Positions 38,691-50,662 of a stretch of DNA of 64,000 bases are shown one piece after another. Position 1 is the stretch's first letter; every line of letters starts with the position of its first letter. The notes beneath the pieces were generated by a model. That model worked only from the letters and a program-made list of their open reading frames with translations. It searched no databases and was not told where the DNA came from. This stretch comes from Kondoa subrosea (lineage: Eukaryota), in the NCBI GenBank assembly GCA_039545335.1, contig BCIN01000005.1, forward strand, positions 772,641 to 836,640, written 5' to 3'. The translations under genes were made by a program, and so were the position numbers.

Positions 38691-39566
38691 GATCTAGTCT
38701 AAATTGGCTACAAATAAGAAGAGGAGCAGAATATCATCAGACGGGTAAAGTTACGCACTGGGCACGACGGGCTGAAAAGGAGCGTGCATTCAACGATCGA
38801 TCGCCTAGGGAAGAGAGGGACGTGCGACCGGTCGCAGAAGCTTCGACTTGGCGAAGGGCCATGTAGCGGACAAACATATCCACGCGGAAGTATGCTGTGG
38901 TGCAGCGCATTCGCCTTTAATAAGAGTACAGGCAACTGCCCTACAGCAGAATATATAACAGACATATACTTGGATCGCAGAGGTAGGGCTACAAGTATCG
39001 CAGAGGTAGGGCTAGAGCGGTACAAAGTAAGGAGTACTTCTTTCCCGATTCTTAAAGGCAAACGCATGCAAAAGATCCAGATGAGCTGCATATTCAACTC
39101 CTTTGTCGATTAGCCATACAAGTGATCGCATCATAAAATTGAGAGGCGAAAGCGCCGGCAAGCGGAAGAAAGAGAAGAGACGATTTCGGAGTCATGCAGT
39201 TGAAGAGTTCTCGACGAGAGGGCAATTGCAGTATTGGGAAAGGATAACGGACAATATCAAATGGCCATAAGAAGATACGAAGGACTTATAGCAAGAGCAG
39301 ATTGACCGAAGTGGTCGAAATCTAATATATCTGTCATCTGGGCGCAGTACGGCGCACGGAGGCGAGCCAATCAATCGAGAGGCCAGTCTGGGAAGACTGT
39401 GAGCCTACAGACACACTGCCCAGACTTTGAGGTTTTGGACAAGAGCAAAGTTGCAAGTTGCAAGTTGCAACTTCACTTTTAGGATCTTTGTGACCGGCAG
39501 TCCCTTCCAGAGCGAACGTATTCATGCAATGTTCTATGTTATTATGCGGTATAATGAAGAGTCCGA

Positions 39567-41572
39567 TTACAAATCGCTTCCAATCTCGGCATTCATGGTA
39601 CTGCTCTTGTGATCCCATCGATCGAGTTGAATGGACAAATCAGGCAATTGCGGTGTCCCATTAGCTCCATATTTGGCTTGGGAATTCGACGTTGATGAAG
39701 ACATTCCTTGACTGCGCTTAGATGCTGAGCTGGTGAAATGCTTTTGAGCTGGCGTTAGACATGTCTTGATCGATACCCATAGAAGAACCATGCTGATCGG
39801 GCTATTATTTGTGAAGGTCAGGCACGGAGTGATGAGGTGAAGCGAAAAAGGCTTACGTTCCCAAGCTAAAGCAAGGATCAGTATAGCAGCGGAAATGAAG
39901 ATGAGAATGACTAACATGGCATAGATTGCAGCAGATCCGCAGATGAAAGCCTGGCCCGTCAGAGGCTTAGCAAACATTGATCCAGCACCCACTGACATAG
40001 CCGATCAGAATAGCGGGAGAAGCAAGATAGAAAACTTACAGATCACAGGTATCAGTAGCACAGCAACGTAGCACTGACAATATTGCTGAGTCTAGCCAAT
40101 AATAGCTCAGAAGCTCGACTTACGAATCCAATGACGCAACCTAGCGAAGCATTCACAATGCGCTGTCGGCAAAGGGAAATCAAATTGTCTAAGCTGGCTT
40201 TGAAAGCGCTGTCTTCGTGGGATTTTCGAGAAAAGTTCTTGCTGTTTCGCTGCATAATCAGGATCTGATGGCGAAGATCCTTGACAGTAAAGATGACCAG
40301 TGGTAACCAGATCTATCGATTCATGTTGAGTCAGGGTTGATCAGCATGCGATAGGCTTACCGCAAGGAGACAGCAATTAACGACGAGCTCAAAGTTGCAG
40401 ATTATCTGCCAATATGATTGTATCAGCAAGAACATCAAATCCTAGATCAGAAAACCACTTACACCTGACCACTTAGACAGCTTTTCAAAATTCGTCTCTA
40501 TAGTCTGAAGCGAACCAGCAAGCGATTGTAATGCGCTAAGAGGTATTTTTCCACCAGTCCAGCTGGCTGCTTGTTGATCGACCCCTTCCAGAGCATTTCT
40601 GATTGAAGCCATTGTTGTACTGTAGGTTTGATCCAGCTTGACTCCAATAACTATTGCAGCCGCTAGATAGATGCACGGAAGTGTAGTGAATATAGCATTG
40701 AAGAGCCAGGCTGGACAGATCTGGATCGTGGATGAGCGTCAAGGTACATTTTCAAGCAGAACTCGTTACTCACATTACGACCATCTTTAGCTACTACACT
40801 AACAGCACAAGACCAGATCTCGACTAAAAAAGCTGTTTGAGCCTAGTCTTCTCTGTCTCATCAGAGTATGGACCTACTCCAAGCTTGGCAAGTCAAAAAG
40901 AGAAGTACAATAATGATTGTGACGAGAGAGTTGTTCGTTAGTTTCGGGAAAGAGTAGAGAGCCATTCTATCGTCACCTCGTCAGCTTCAGCTGAAAGGAG
41001 TCGCTATATGACTCACCTGGCGCTGCTGACAATTGCAATTGCAGAGTACAAAATTCCGAATAGAGCAAAACCAACAGCAACATTGGGCCTGCACCAGGGA
41101 ATGAGTTCCTCAGCCTTGACTTGTAGAATGAGATAGCTCACGTTAGGTATTTCTGGTGCCGAGAATTACTGACTTCAAGGTGGATTTGAGTCCTGGGCCT
41201 TTGTGGGGGCTGAATGACGCCGACTTACTTCGCATAATCCAGCATTTACCCTTTGATATCAAATCCATTCAGCGCAGAACAACTCGTCGGTTTTTCTAAC
41301 GCTTACCGTCTTGATACGAATCGCTATCGTTCCCAAGTGACATATCAGAGCTATGCCATTGAATGCAGCAAAAGTCCACATGAGAGTGATGTAGACTGGG
41401 GTACCAATGACTGGAATAAATGATCGCATGCCCGCTGCAAGGAATTGATAAGGGTTACTGTATACGCATCAGCCTCATCCGAAGATGCAACCACAAAGAC
41501 TCACACATCGCTCGGTAAGGCTAGCACTTGACTTGCTAATGATGCGATTTTCTCTGGTGGTATCAATGGCAT
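39567..41572 (-). CDS. Orphan multi-pass (~7 TM) membrane protein, tandem copy C
   Basis: Starts MPLIPPEKIASLASQVLALPSD; MQRNSKNFSRKSHEDSAFKASLDNLISLCRQR; ends LPDLSIQLDRWDHKS. Confidence 0.75.
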
Positions 41573-42055
41573 AACTTAAATGAGGAATGGTGATCTGGCT
41601 TGGCGAACAGATAACGCAGAGAACGACAGAGATACCAAAGGAGTGTGTAGTACCAATGAATGTAAAGCAGTTAAACAGATAAGGGTTCGAGAAGAGCGAG
41701 AAGAGACAGTGGAAAGTTGTTAGGCCAAAAGCGTTGAAAGACCTGAGTGGAAATGCCATTGAAACTCTGGCATTAATTGCATAGGAGCGGGCCGAGGCAA
41801 TTAAACGAGCGCAAAGAAAACACCACCGAAGAACCGACACAATAGAATGGCGAAAGCCGCAAAAGGCTTGAAAGATCGCGAGCAGCCCGGTGAGAAACTT
41901 AAAATGTTAGTGAGACGACACTTGAAAGAGGTGACAGGCTAGCAGGAGACAAGGGTTGACTGCATACAGCATAGAGATAGAGCAATTGCAAGGTTTGGTT
42001 CGAGTTTGACTGTGAAAAAGTTGCGAATTTTTGTCTTCCTTAACGACCTTTCAAG

Positions 42056-42879
42056 ATGCCTATCAAGATTGTGAAGAAGGTGCATACCCCGCTGCATTTG
42101 TATTGACCTGCTCTAATGCTCTGGCTTGCAACAGAGAACTAAGCGTGAGTTTTGGCTGGGATTCGATTTTCAACGCAATCTCATGCAGATTTTGACTATA
42201 TGATGCAGCTTTCACGAGACATCAGAGCGACCGCTGTATGTGTCGCTGCTGGATACGAGGTTTACATCATGCTGAAATATCATGCGATAGACCCTGGGCT
42301 AGCGAAGTCGACATGGAGGAAACCTAAGGGTGCGCATTATTTTGAGGTAGAGATGCCTGGCCTAATATAAGCTGGTTCAACAGGTATCGACAAGTAAGGC
42401 AAATTACTTCAAGTCATCGTCAACGCTAATATGGCCTGTACAGTCGAGTCCGAAGACGTTTCAAGGGTGTACGTATCATTCAATAGTAGCCTGGCTCTGC
42501 TAAACCCTGCCACAGCAACGAGTTATGCCCAAGATCGGTTACGGATCAAACAGCAAGTTCTGACAATCTACATACATACCTAAGCTAATTCGATTTTCGT
42601 GAACAGAGGCTACCAAGCACCTCATGCCAAGTGGTATGCTTACATGCCGCCAATCAATGACAAAATGGGTGTAATGGGTGTAAAATGACAGGTCTCAAGA
42701 AATTCCTCGTCTCCAACCCTTCGCAAGTCGACCTTCTGATGATGCACAACAAGACTTTCGCTGCAGAAATCGCACACAATGTATCAGCGCTCAAGAGGGT
42801 TGCAATTATTGAAAAGGCAAAGGTGCTAGGCATCAAGGTCACCAACGCTGGTGCCCGCATCAGGACTGAAGAAGCATAA
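42056..42879 (+). CDS. RPL32: 60S ribosomal protein L32 (eL32), 9 exons
   Basis: Spliced reading: [51 protein letters not shown]. Confidence 0.97.
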
Positions 42880-43131
42880 GTATGTCAATATTTCTCGCCT
42901 GACAGCAAGATGGCATTTGCTTACATTCGGCATAGACAAGCGTTGTTTTTGCTCTTCGATTCTGGGACTTGGGATGACAGCGTACATCTTTTGATTATTC
43001 ATTATTACGATAAAGTACAATGCATCTCGTAGGACTAGTAGCCCTATGTACTTTTGCACTTTTGAGCTCTTGCGACATGACTTCTTTTTATGTCCATAAT
43101 GCCTTTTCTTCCTTCCAGGTGTTGTTAGCCA

Positions 43132-46100
43132 ATGCATTCCCAAAGACCCAATCAGAATGGGCAGACGCTGCAGAGGGGAACATACCCAGCTCCACTCCAA
43201 CAGCAGCAGCAGCGTTTCCAAGGAAACCAAGCTCATATTCAGCAAATGCAAGCTCAAGCTATGAGCTCAGGATTGTCCCAGTCGGGTCCAGCTTCAGCTC
43301 AAAGCTATGCTCAACAGCAGCCCTTGTCGCAAAGTATGGGCTTGTCCAGCTCCGGCGGGTTAGGCACCTCGTATGTAAACATCCGCTCTGCATAATTCAC
43401 CAATTTTAACTTGAGCTCTTCTCTTCTCTTCTTCCTTTCCTTCTCTTCTATCTATTCGTATTGGATGTGCAGCCTTGTCTCGAGCCTACCGCCCAATTCT
43501 TTTCCTCTACTTCCGCCCGAATTGCCTGCACCCGGTCAATCGCATCAGAATCAAGCTCAAATGCAGTCTATCCTCAATTTACATCCTGCTCTATTACACA
43601 GACTCGCTAAAGCAAACAACACACCAGACCAAAAAACTCTTGTCCATAACGAGCGGGTCGACGCTTACCTTCCATCTATGCAATTACCTCCTCCTAGTCC
43701 ATCAGATGAACGTTGGATGGGATCTGCAAATACAGCAAGTCATGCTGGAATTCCTCATTTACTAAATCAGATGTTCAGTCCTCATACTTCTGGTATTTTG
43801 GCTATCGCTCAAGATCCAATCGCTCCTCCTTTTCAACCAATTTATGGATCAATGGAAGAATGGGTATCGAATGAAGTTCGATTTATGGCAGCAAACAGTC
43901 AAAATTCAGATCCTCATTCAATGAGTATAGTTGCTTCCCAATTGAAAGCTTGGCAAACGGAAAAACAAGAAGTAGAAGTCTCGAAAGCTGTTTTGGATGC
44001 AAAAGGAACTGCAGTGAATTTAGCAGCTGCAGCTGCTGTACAGAAAAGAGCAAGACAGAACTCGGTTGGGAATCAGAATGGAAGTTCACCTATTTCACCT
44101 AATGCAGCTGGTCTTAATTCTCCTGTTGATTTATCTGCCTATGCTGAGCATTACAAGATGGAATTGAACGCTCATGCTCAGGGTTATTATTCGCAATTGC
44201 ATCGAGAAGCGCTCAAGAGATTAATGGAAGCGGAGCAAGTGTCCATTCAAGGAATAGCTGGACCCTCGAATCAACCTGAACCAGCACCAGATGCGAGCAA
44301 ACTGGTTCGAGCTTCTGCTGTTGCGGCATTAACGGCAAATGTACTGGCCGCACAAGATATGGCTGTCGCTGCTGGTCAAACATTAGCAAGTATGGGTGTC
44401 GAAGTACCTTCCGTCAGCGCTCTGATTCCTTCGCCTGGTCTGCAACAAGTCCCACCCAACCAAAGTATGAGACGCTACAGCGGCACTTCAGGCACACCTA
44501 CTGCTTCTTCTTCCTCTGCTGGGCTTGTCCCACCAATGAATTCTACTATGCCATATACTTCTGCAAATCAAGTAGCTGTCTCTGCGGCATTAGGATCAGC
44601 AGATACGGAGATTGTTCGAGTAGTGGACGAAGTTCAGCAAAATAATGGATGCACTATCGAAGCGAGGGATTATCTACTTTCCTATGCCCACGGGGCCTAT
44701 TCCTCAGGAGATCAAGCTACAGATCTTTTACCTCTTCTACATATGCTCGATAACTTGCACCCTGGTCATTGCCCTACATTACTTTTACTCAGCTGTGTCT
44801 ATTATTCGAAAGGCATCAAGGGCGACTTAGGTCCGGTGGAGAGCAAGAATATGCTTCATCTGAGTATTGCTATGAATCAGAAGATTTTAGAAAGGGATTC
44901 TACATATGTCAGTGCATACCAATGACAATTAGCCTCAGGCTGATTGTCATGCGGGCTTTTTGACTGACAGGTTGAAGCCTTGAGCAACATTGGTACAACT
45001 TGCCGAGCTCTGGGTGAAAGTGCCAAAGCAGAGATTTTCTGGCGAAAGGCCATCGACATCAGACCACATTATTTCGATTCCGTGGAAAATTTGCGTGTGT
45101 AGATCTGTTTGTTCAGTGTTCGACAGTCCTCTGATTCTTGGACAAAGTTGGCGTCCTTTGTCACCCTCAAGGTGGTTCTGCAGAAGGTGCTGGATCGCCA
45201 CGATATGCGGAAGCTCTACAATTATGCGACTTTGTCGAAGGCGCAATATTCGGGCCAGATGCTGTTCGACCTTATATTCTACCCAAAGAAATTCCGCCCC
45301 ATCATATTCATCGTCTGCAAAACCTTTTCTACGCTAAAGGCAATCTTCAAGCTGCTTTGGGAAAACCACTCGAAGCAAAGAACGACTATGAGAAAGGATT
45401 AGAAATCGTTTTTTCCACTGGTCAAGCTAATCAGGCGGACGTCAAACCTGTCAAGTACACAGTATCAGAACTGCTTGTCGCTACTGTTCTGGTTGGATTC
45501 GTCCTGATGGCAGGACAAGCACCAGGAACCGAACAAGAAAGTCGAGCATTGTCTGTACTTGGAGAGCTAGGTATCGCAAGACCGGGACCTGGTCAACCTC
45601 TCCCACTCGTCGACTATCTTCGTGTAGCTCAAAAGAATGGACCAAAAGTACTGCAATTGCTTCATCAGCATGGAAACCAATTCATACCTCTTGTTCTACT
45701 CCTGCCGACTGTATTAACGGAGATGAGGAGACTACTTTTCGTTGGATCGGAGAACCAGCTTCCTGTTCTCTACGGCGCATCTAAACATTCGACAGCACGG
45801 AAGCATAGTCCGGGCAAGACCACAATTGAACAAACTTGTCAGACTACAAGCACTCTTCTCCTGACATTAGCCAAATGCTATCAAGAAGCTGCACTCTCGC
45901 CTCAGGGTCCTGTCGCGCGAGAATTGATCGCAAAGGGCACTCCTGCTCATTCATCTATCCTTTTACCTCTGTATTATCTTGCGCTGGCTCTTCATCCCTC
46001 TCCTTCAACATACAATAATCTTGGCATATTATTGTCTACGGTGCCCGCTACCGTTACTATTACTACTTTGAAAGGCTTAGAAATTGCTACTGGTCAAACT

Positions 46101-48860
46101 TTAGCAATGGCCTTCTACAAAGCTGGACTCGAGAAAGATCCGAAGCATCCTCATCTCTATACCAATTTGGGCTCTCTGTTCAAAGACATGGGTCAACTTC
46201 CGCATGCAATTCACATGTATCAAAAGGCAGTCGAGTGTAATCCTGAATTCGATGTCGCTCTAGCAAATTTGGCCAACGCCATTAAAGATCAAGGTCAAGT
46301 TCAAGAATCGATTCCTTGGTATTACAAAGCTGTGAAGATTAACCCAAATTTTCCTGAAGCTGTCTGCGGTCTTGTCAATGCTCTTGGCGGCGTTTGCGAT
46401 TGGCATGGTCGAGGAGGTGTTGATGACGATGTAGCCGTCGGAAATAAGAACGAGATCCTCGATCTGAGCAATCCTGCAGAGGCAGAAATGGCTAGAAATG
46501 GCGTAGGTCATGTTATTTCGTACCGAATTCTCACTGATTGCACGATGCCAGTGGATGCCTCATATCAAGACTCTCGTCTGCAATCAGCTCATTGCTGGAT
46601 CACTCTTCGGACGCGGCATTATGAGGTCTACTGCTCCTGGTGAAAACTGGATGCGAATGATCGCGGCCGCTTTGGACATCCAGCCTGCCGCTCTCACGAA
46701 GCTTGCACCCTCGTACTATAAGATCATCTTATTACTTACCTCTGGCCAACCACCTACTACCATTAATGAAGGTGGTACTCTCATTCGACTCATAGAGCGC
46801 CTCATGCGCCGTATACAACGACGATGGTATGTCAGCTCATATGGAAAAGTGGTCCAATCCATACAACAATACCCTCGCATTCTTGTCGATCAACAGTCAT
46901 CGAAAGTTTTCGCTCGACCCATGCTACCAGCTACCCTTGCTCAACCCAATGTACCAACTGTTTTGCCCTTCCATACATTTACATACCCTCTCACAGCTCG
47001 ACAAACTCGACTTATATCACATCGTAATGCACTCCGGATCTCCCATTCTACACTCGTTCAGCCATGGATTCCCCATCATGTGTATCCTCCTCCCCCGCCT
47101 CCTGCTTCTCGCCTCAAGATTGGCTATGTTTCTTCTGATTTCAATAATCATCCTCTTGCACATCTCATGCAGTCCGTCTTTGGAATGCACGATCTTGATC
47201 GCTTCGAAATATATTGCTATGCTACTACACCTTCAGATGAATCAGAATACCGTAGAAAGATTTCTTCCGAAGCGCAGCACTTTACCGACGTTTCTGCTTG
47301 GTCGAATCAGCAAATCGTTGAGCGGATCCTATTAGACGGCATTCACATTTTAGTCAACATGTAAGTCGTTGCCTTAGATTGAGAGTATTAAGCTCAAAGT
47401 TCTTCAAGGAACGGCTACACCAAAGGTGCACGGAACGAGATCTTTGCTGCTCGGTCAGTTGTGGCTTGGATGCTGGATCTGTGTTCTCAATCATGCGCAT
47501 ATAGACCATGTCCGGTTCAGATACAGCAACTTATGGGTTTTGCTGGCACCTTGGCTAGCGGTTTCTGCGATTGGATTATAGCAGATCAAACCATAATTCC
47601 ACTAGAAACCGTTTCAGGTGAAGTCTGGCGCAAGCGTATTCAAGCTGGCACACCGCTTGCTAGCACAGCGACAGGCTTTGAAGGCGATCTCGATCCAGAA
47701 GAAGAGTCTGAGTCTTGGAGCTACACCGAGAAGATAGCTTATGTGCCCAAAACATACTTTGTGACCGATCACAAACAAGGCTTCAGGGACGAGCTGCCGC
47801 AACAAATATCAGACAGACCTTCTGCTTGGGCTATTGACGAGCAGAGAAGATGGCAAATGCGTCAAGAGCTTTTCCCTCAATGCCGAGATGATACGATTAT
47901 ATTTTGCTGCTTGAATCAGCTTTACAAGGTAATTTGTCATCACCCAGTATTACTCGATTGTGCCTGAGAGATGTATCAATAGATCGATCCTCTCATATTC
48001 AAGACTTGGCTCAATATTCTTGCGAGAGTGCCAAATTCGATACTGTGGCTGTTACGCTTTCCCGCACCCGGAGAAGCACATCTGAAGGAAACAGCAACTC
48101 TTTGGGCTGGCGAAGAAGTCGCCGCGAGAGTAATGTTCACCGATGTGTCACCTGTGAGTATAATTCAATCGCTAGAGACCGATTGACTAATCCTCTGCTC
48201 GACAGAAACAATTACATATTGCTAGAGGTCGAATTGGTGATCTTTTTCTAGATTCTACAGAGGTGCGGTCGCGCGTAAGCCGGATAAGGCTGATTGATCA
48301 TACTTACTGATCTATGAGATTAGGTCGGCGGCCATACCACTAGCGCTGAGTGAGTACATTGGCCGTATTATCGTATGACCTCTGACTCTGGTATCAGCGT
48401 CCTCTGGTCTGGAACGCCTGTGCTTACTTTCCCACGGCACAAGCATAAACTCTGTTCGAGAGTAGCAGCAAGTATAGCAAATGCCACAGGCTTTGGACAT
48501 CAGATGGTGGTTTCCAGCATAGAAGAATATGAAAACCGAGCTGTCCAGTTGGCAAACAGCTTGACTTATACATCAGATCGAGTCGGATCTGGCGAATTGT
48601 ATGATTTGAGGAGAAATCTATTCTTGTCAAGAGAAGAGTCTGCACTATTTGATACGCTTCAATGGACGAGAAATGCAGAGGTTCGTCGTGTGGAAGCTTC
48701 AGTTAGATTGTGCCTGAGGCAGTCCATGATGAAACAGCATGCATATGAAGAGATTTGGCGCCGTTGGGTTGAAGGAACTGAATTTGAGGACTCGATGGAA
48801 TATGCCAATCTAGAAGCAACAGCGGCTGAGAAGAGATCTGGCTGTATATTTTTGGGCTAG
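43132..48860 (+). CDS. OGT: O-GlcNAc transferase (GT41, OGT/SEC-like) with Q-rich N-terminus and TPRs
   Basis: TPRs (TYNNLGILL, YTNLGSLFKDMG, ALANLANAIKDQG), KIGYVSSDFNNHPLAHLM, NGYTKGARNEIFA, NQLYKIDP, LWLLRFPA, HTT..DVLWSGTP, SRVAAS. Confidence 0.93.
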
Positions 48861-48956
48861 AGGAAAATACAGTCGAATAATGTTAAATAGAACAAGTGTA
48901 CAATAGACAAGAGTTTACAATTAGATCATGATATTCGTTAACCTGATAACAACAAA

Positions 48957-50362
48957 TCAGTCGTAATATCTTCGTCGATCATCACCACTACTTGAGATGC
49001 TCGACCTGCGGTCTCTACTTCTGTGATCATCGTCCCAACGTTGTGCTTTCCAGCGATCTTGACCGCCTTCTCTTCGTCTATGTGCATCTCTTGTAGCTTG
49101 CTTGTTGAACTGCTCAGCATAACCTTCGCTGAATTCGCTTCGAGGTGTAGAAGCAGGAGAGGCAGCTGCTTTCTTCCTTGCTGCTTCAGCTCGCAAAGCA
49201 TTGGCACGAGATCTTTCCGAAGCGACTCTGATCTGGGCAGCACTTTGAGCATCTGGTACAGCAGAAGGTAAAGGAGGTGGTTTCATAGGACCAAATTCTT
49301 CTCCTTCTTCCTCTGCTGCTGTATGCCTTGCTACTTGTTTGCCTTTCCTCCTGTCCCTCAGCAAAGGAATCGAAACTTCTTCATCCTTTCTCAATATCAA
49401 AGGTGTAACATCCCATGGTCTTTCTTTCATTCTTTCTTGAGCAGATTGAATCTCACTCCTTTTCTTTAGGTATCCATTCATTAAAGCCATTGGATCTGAA
49501 GTTCTCTTGACCTCTCCATCTTTGAAGGTATCTTCCAGAATCTGATCTTGAGTTTTCCTCCTTTCTTTAGTTGAACGTAAATCTTTGGTAGCATACCAAG
49601 GATTCAAATCAGCGTTCGCATTTTCGGTTGCTTTAGTTGGTTTAGATCCAGATGGAGCACAGACGAGATACATTGGTGCAACACCAATCTGTTTTTCTAG
49701 TTTGGCTTGTTTCTCTGCTTTCTCGGCCAAGTAATCTGCATTGCCTGGTAGTGCACCGTTAGTAGGTGTGATCTATTTACCAGAAACATGTCAGTGCATG
49801 TACGGGATACGAGCGATTGAGCACGCACGCCTTTCTCCATATCTGCCCAGAAATTGATATGACCATTCAATTCTTGCGTACTTTCAACTTCAGGTCTGAC
49901 AATCGACACTCTACTTTCCTCTTCTTCTTCTTCTTCTTGTCGTCCTTTGCCCTTTGTTCGACCTGCAAGCTGTTGCTCCAATTCTACTTCCCCAGCATCT
50001 TTTGCATTCCTCTTCCGTTTCTTATCCACTTGAGCTGCTTTCTTCCTTAATGCTTCTAAACGAGCTTCAGCATCAATAGCTAGGGTTTGATTGGTGTCTT
50101 TTTCTTCTGCCAAACGAGCGAGTTCTTCATCTCGACGAACTCGTTCGATGTTCTCTGCTTTGTAGGCTGTTGGGAATAAAGGCCTTAGTATAGCACTAGG
50201 ATGTAGATAAAGACGACATACGATGATATGACTTGTGACTGAGCAGGGAGATCAGAACCGAAGTAATAAGATGCGACAAAGCTTACTGCGCGAGATGCAG
50301 CACCTGTTTGTTCACGATAATCAGCTGTTGATCTGCTTAGCACTGACGGATGAACTTACCAT
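48957..50362 (-). CDS. LENG1/CIR-N-domain splicing-associated protein
   Basis: Micro-exons give M-VLHLAHHKSYHPYKAENIERVRRDEE, followed by GHINFW, PWY, SDPM and YAEQFN. Confidence 0.8.
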
Positions 50363-50662
50363 GATGCACTGAGAGGCGAATCGCTGTGTTTGAAAGACAT
50401 TGCCCCTTGTTCCGAAATCGCATCTGATAACAAGTTTTTACTCATTCTCCACCCATCTCTCTCTCTCGGGCGCAGTCTCCCACAACCTACAAAAGCAGCC
50501 AATCGCTACATTCAGCCAAGCCTTTAAGCCTCGTGCTCACCTTCTTATCCTTCTGCTCTCAAACCCGATTGGCTCAAACGATCTTACACTACTTGTGGAT
50601 ACAGTGTGGCTCGGCGATTCTTGTCTTCTTCTCTTTCACTTTCAACTCTCATCAACAACAAA

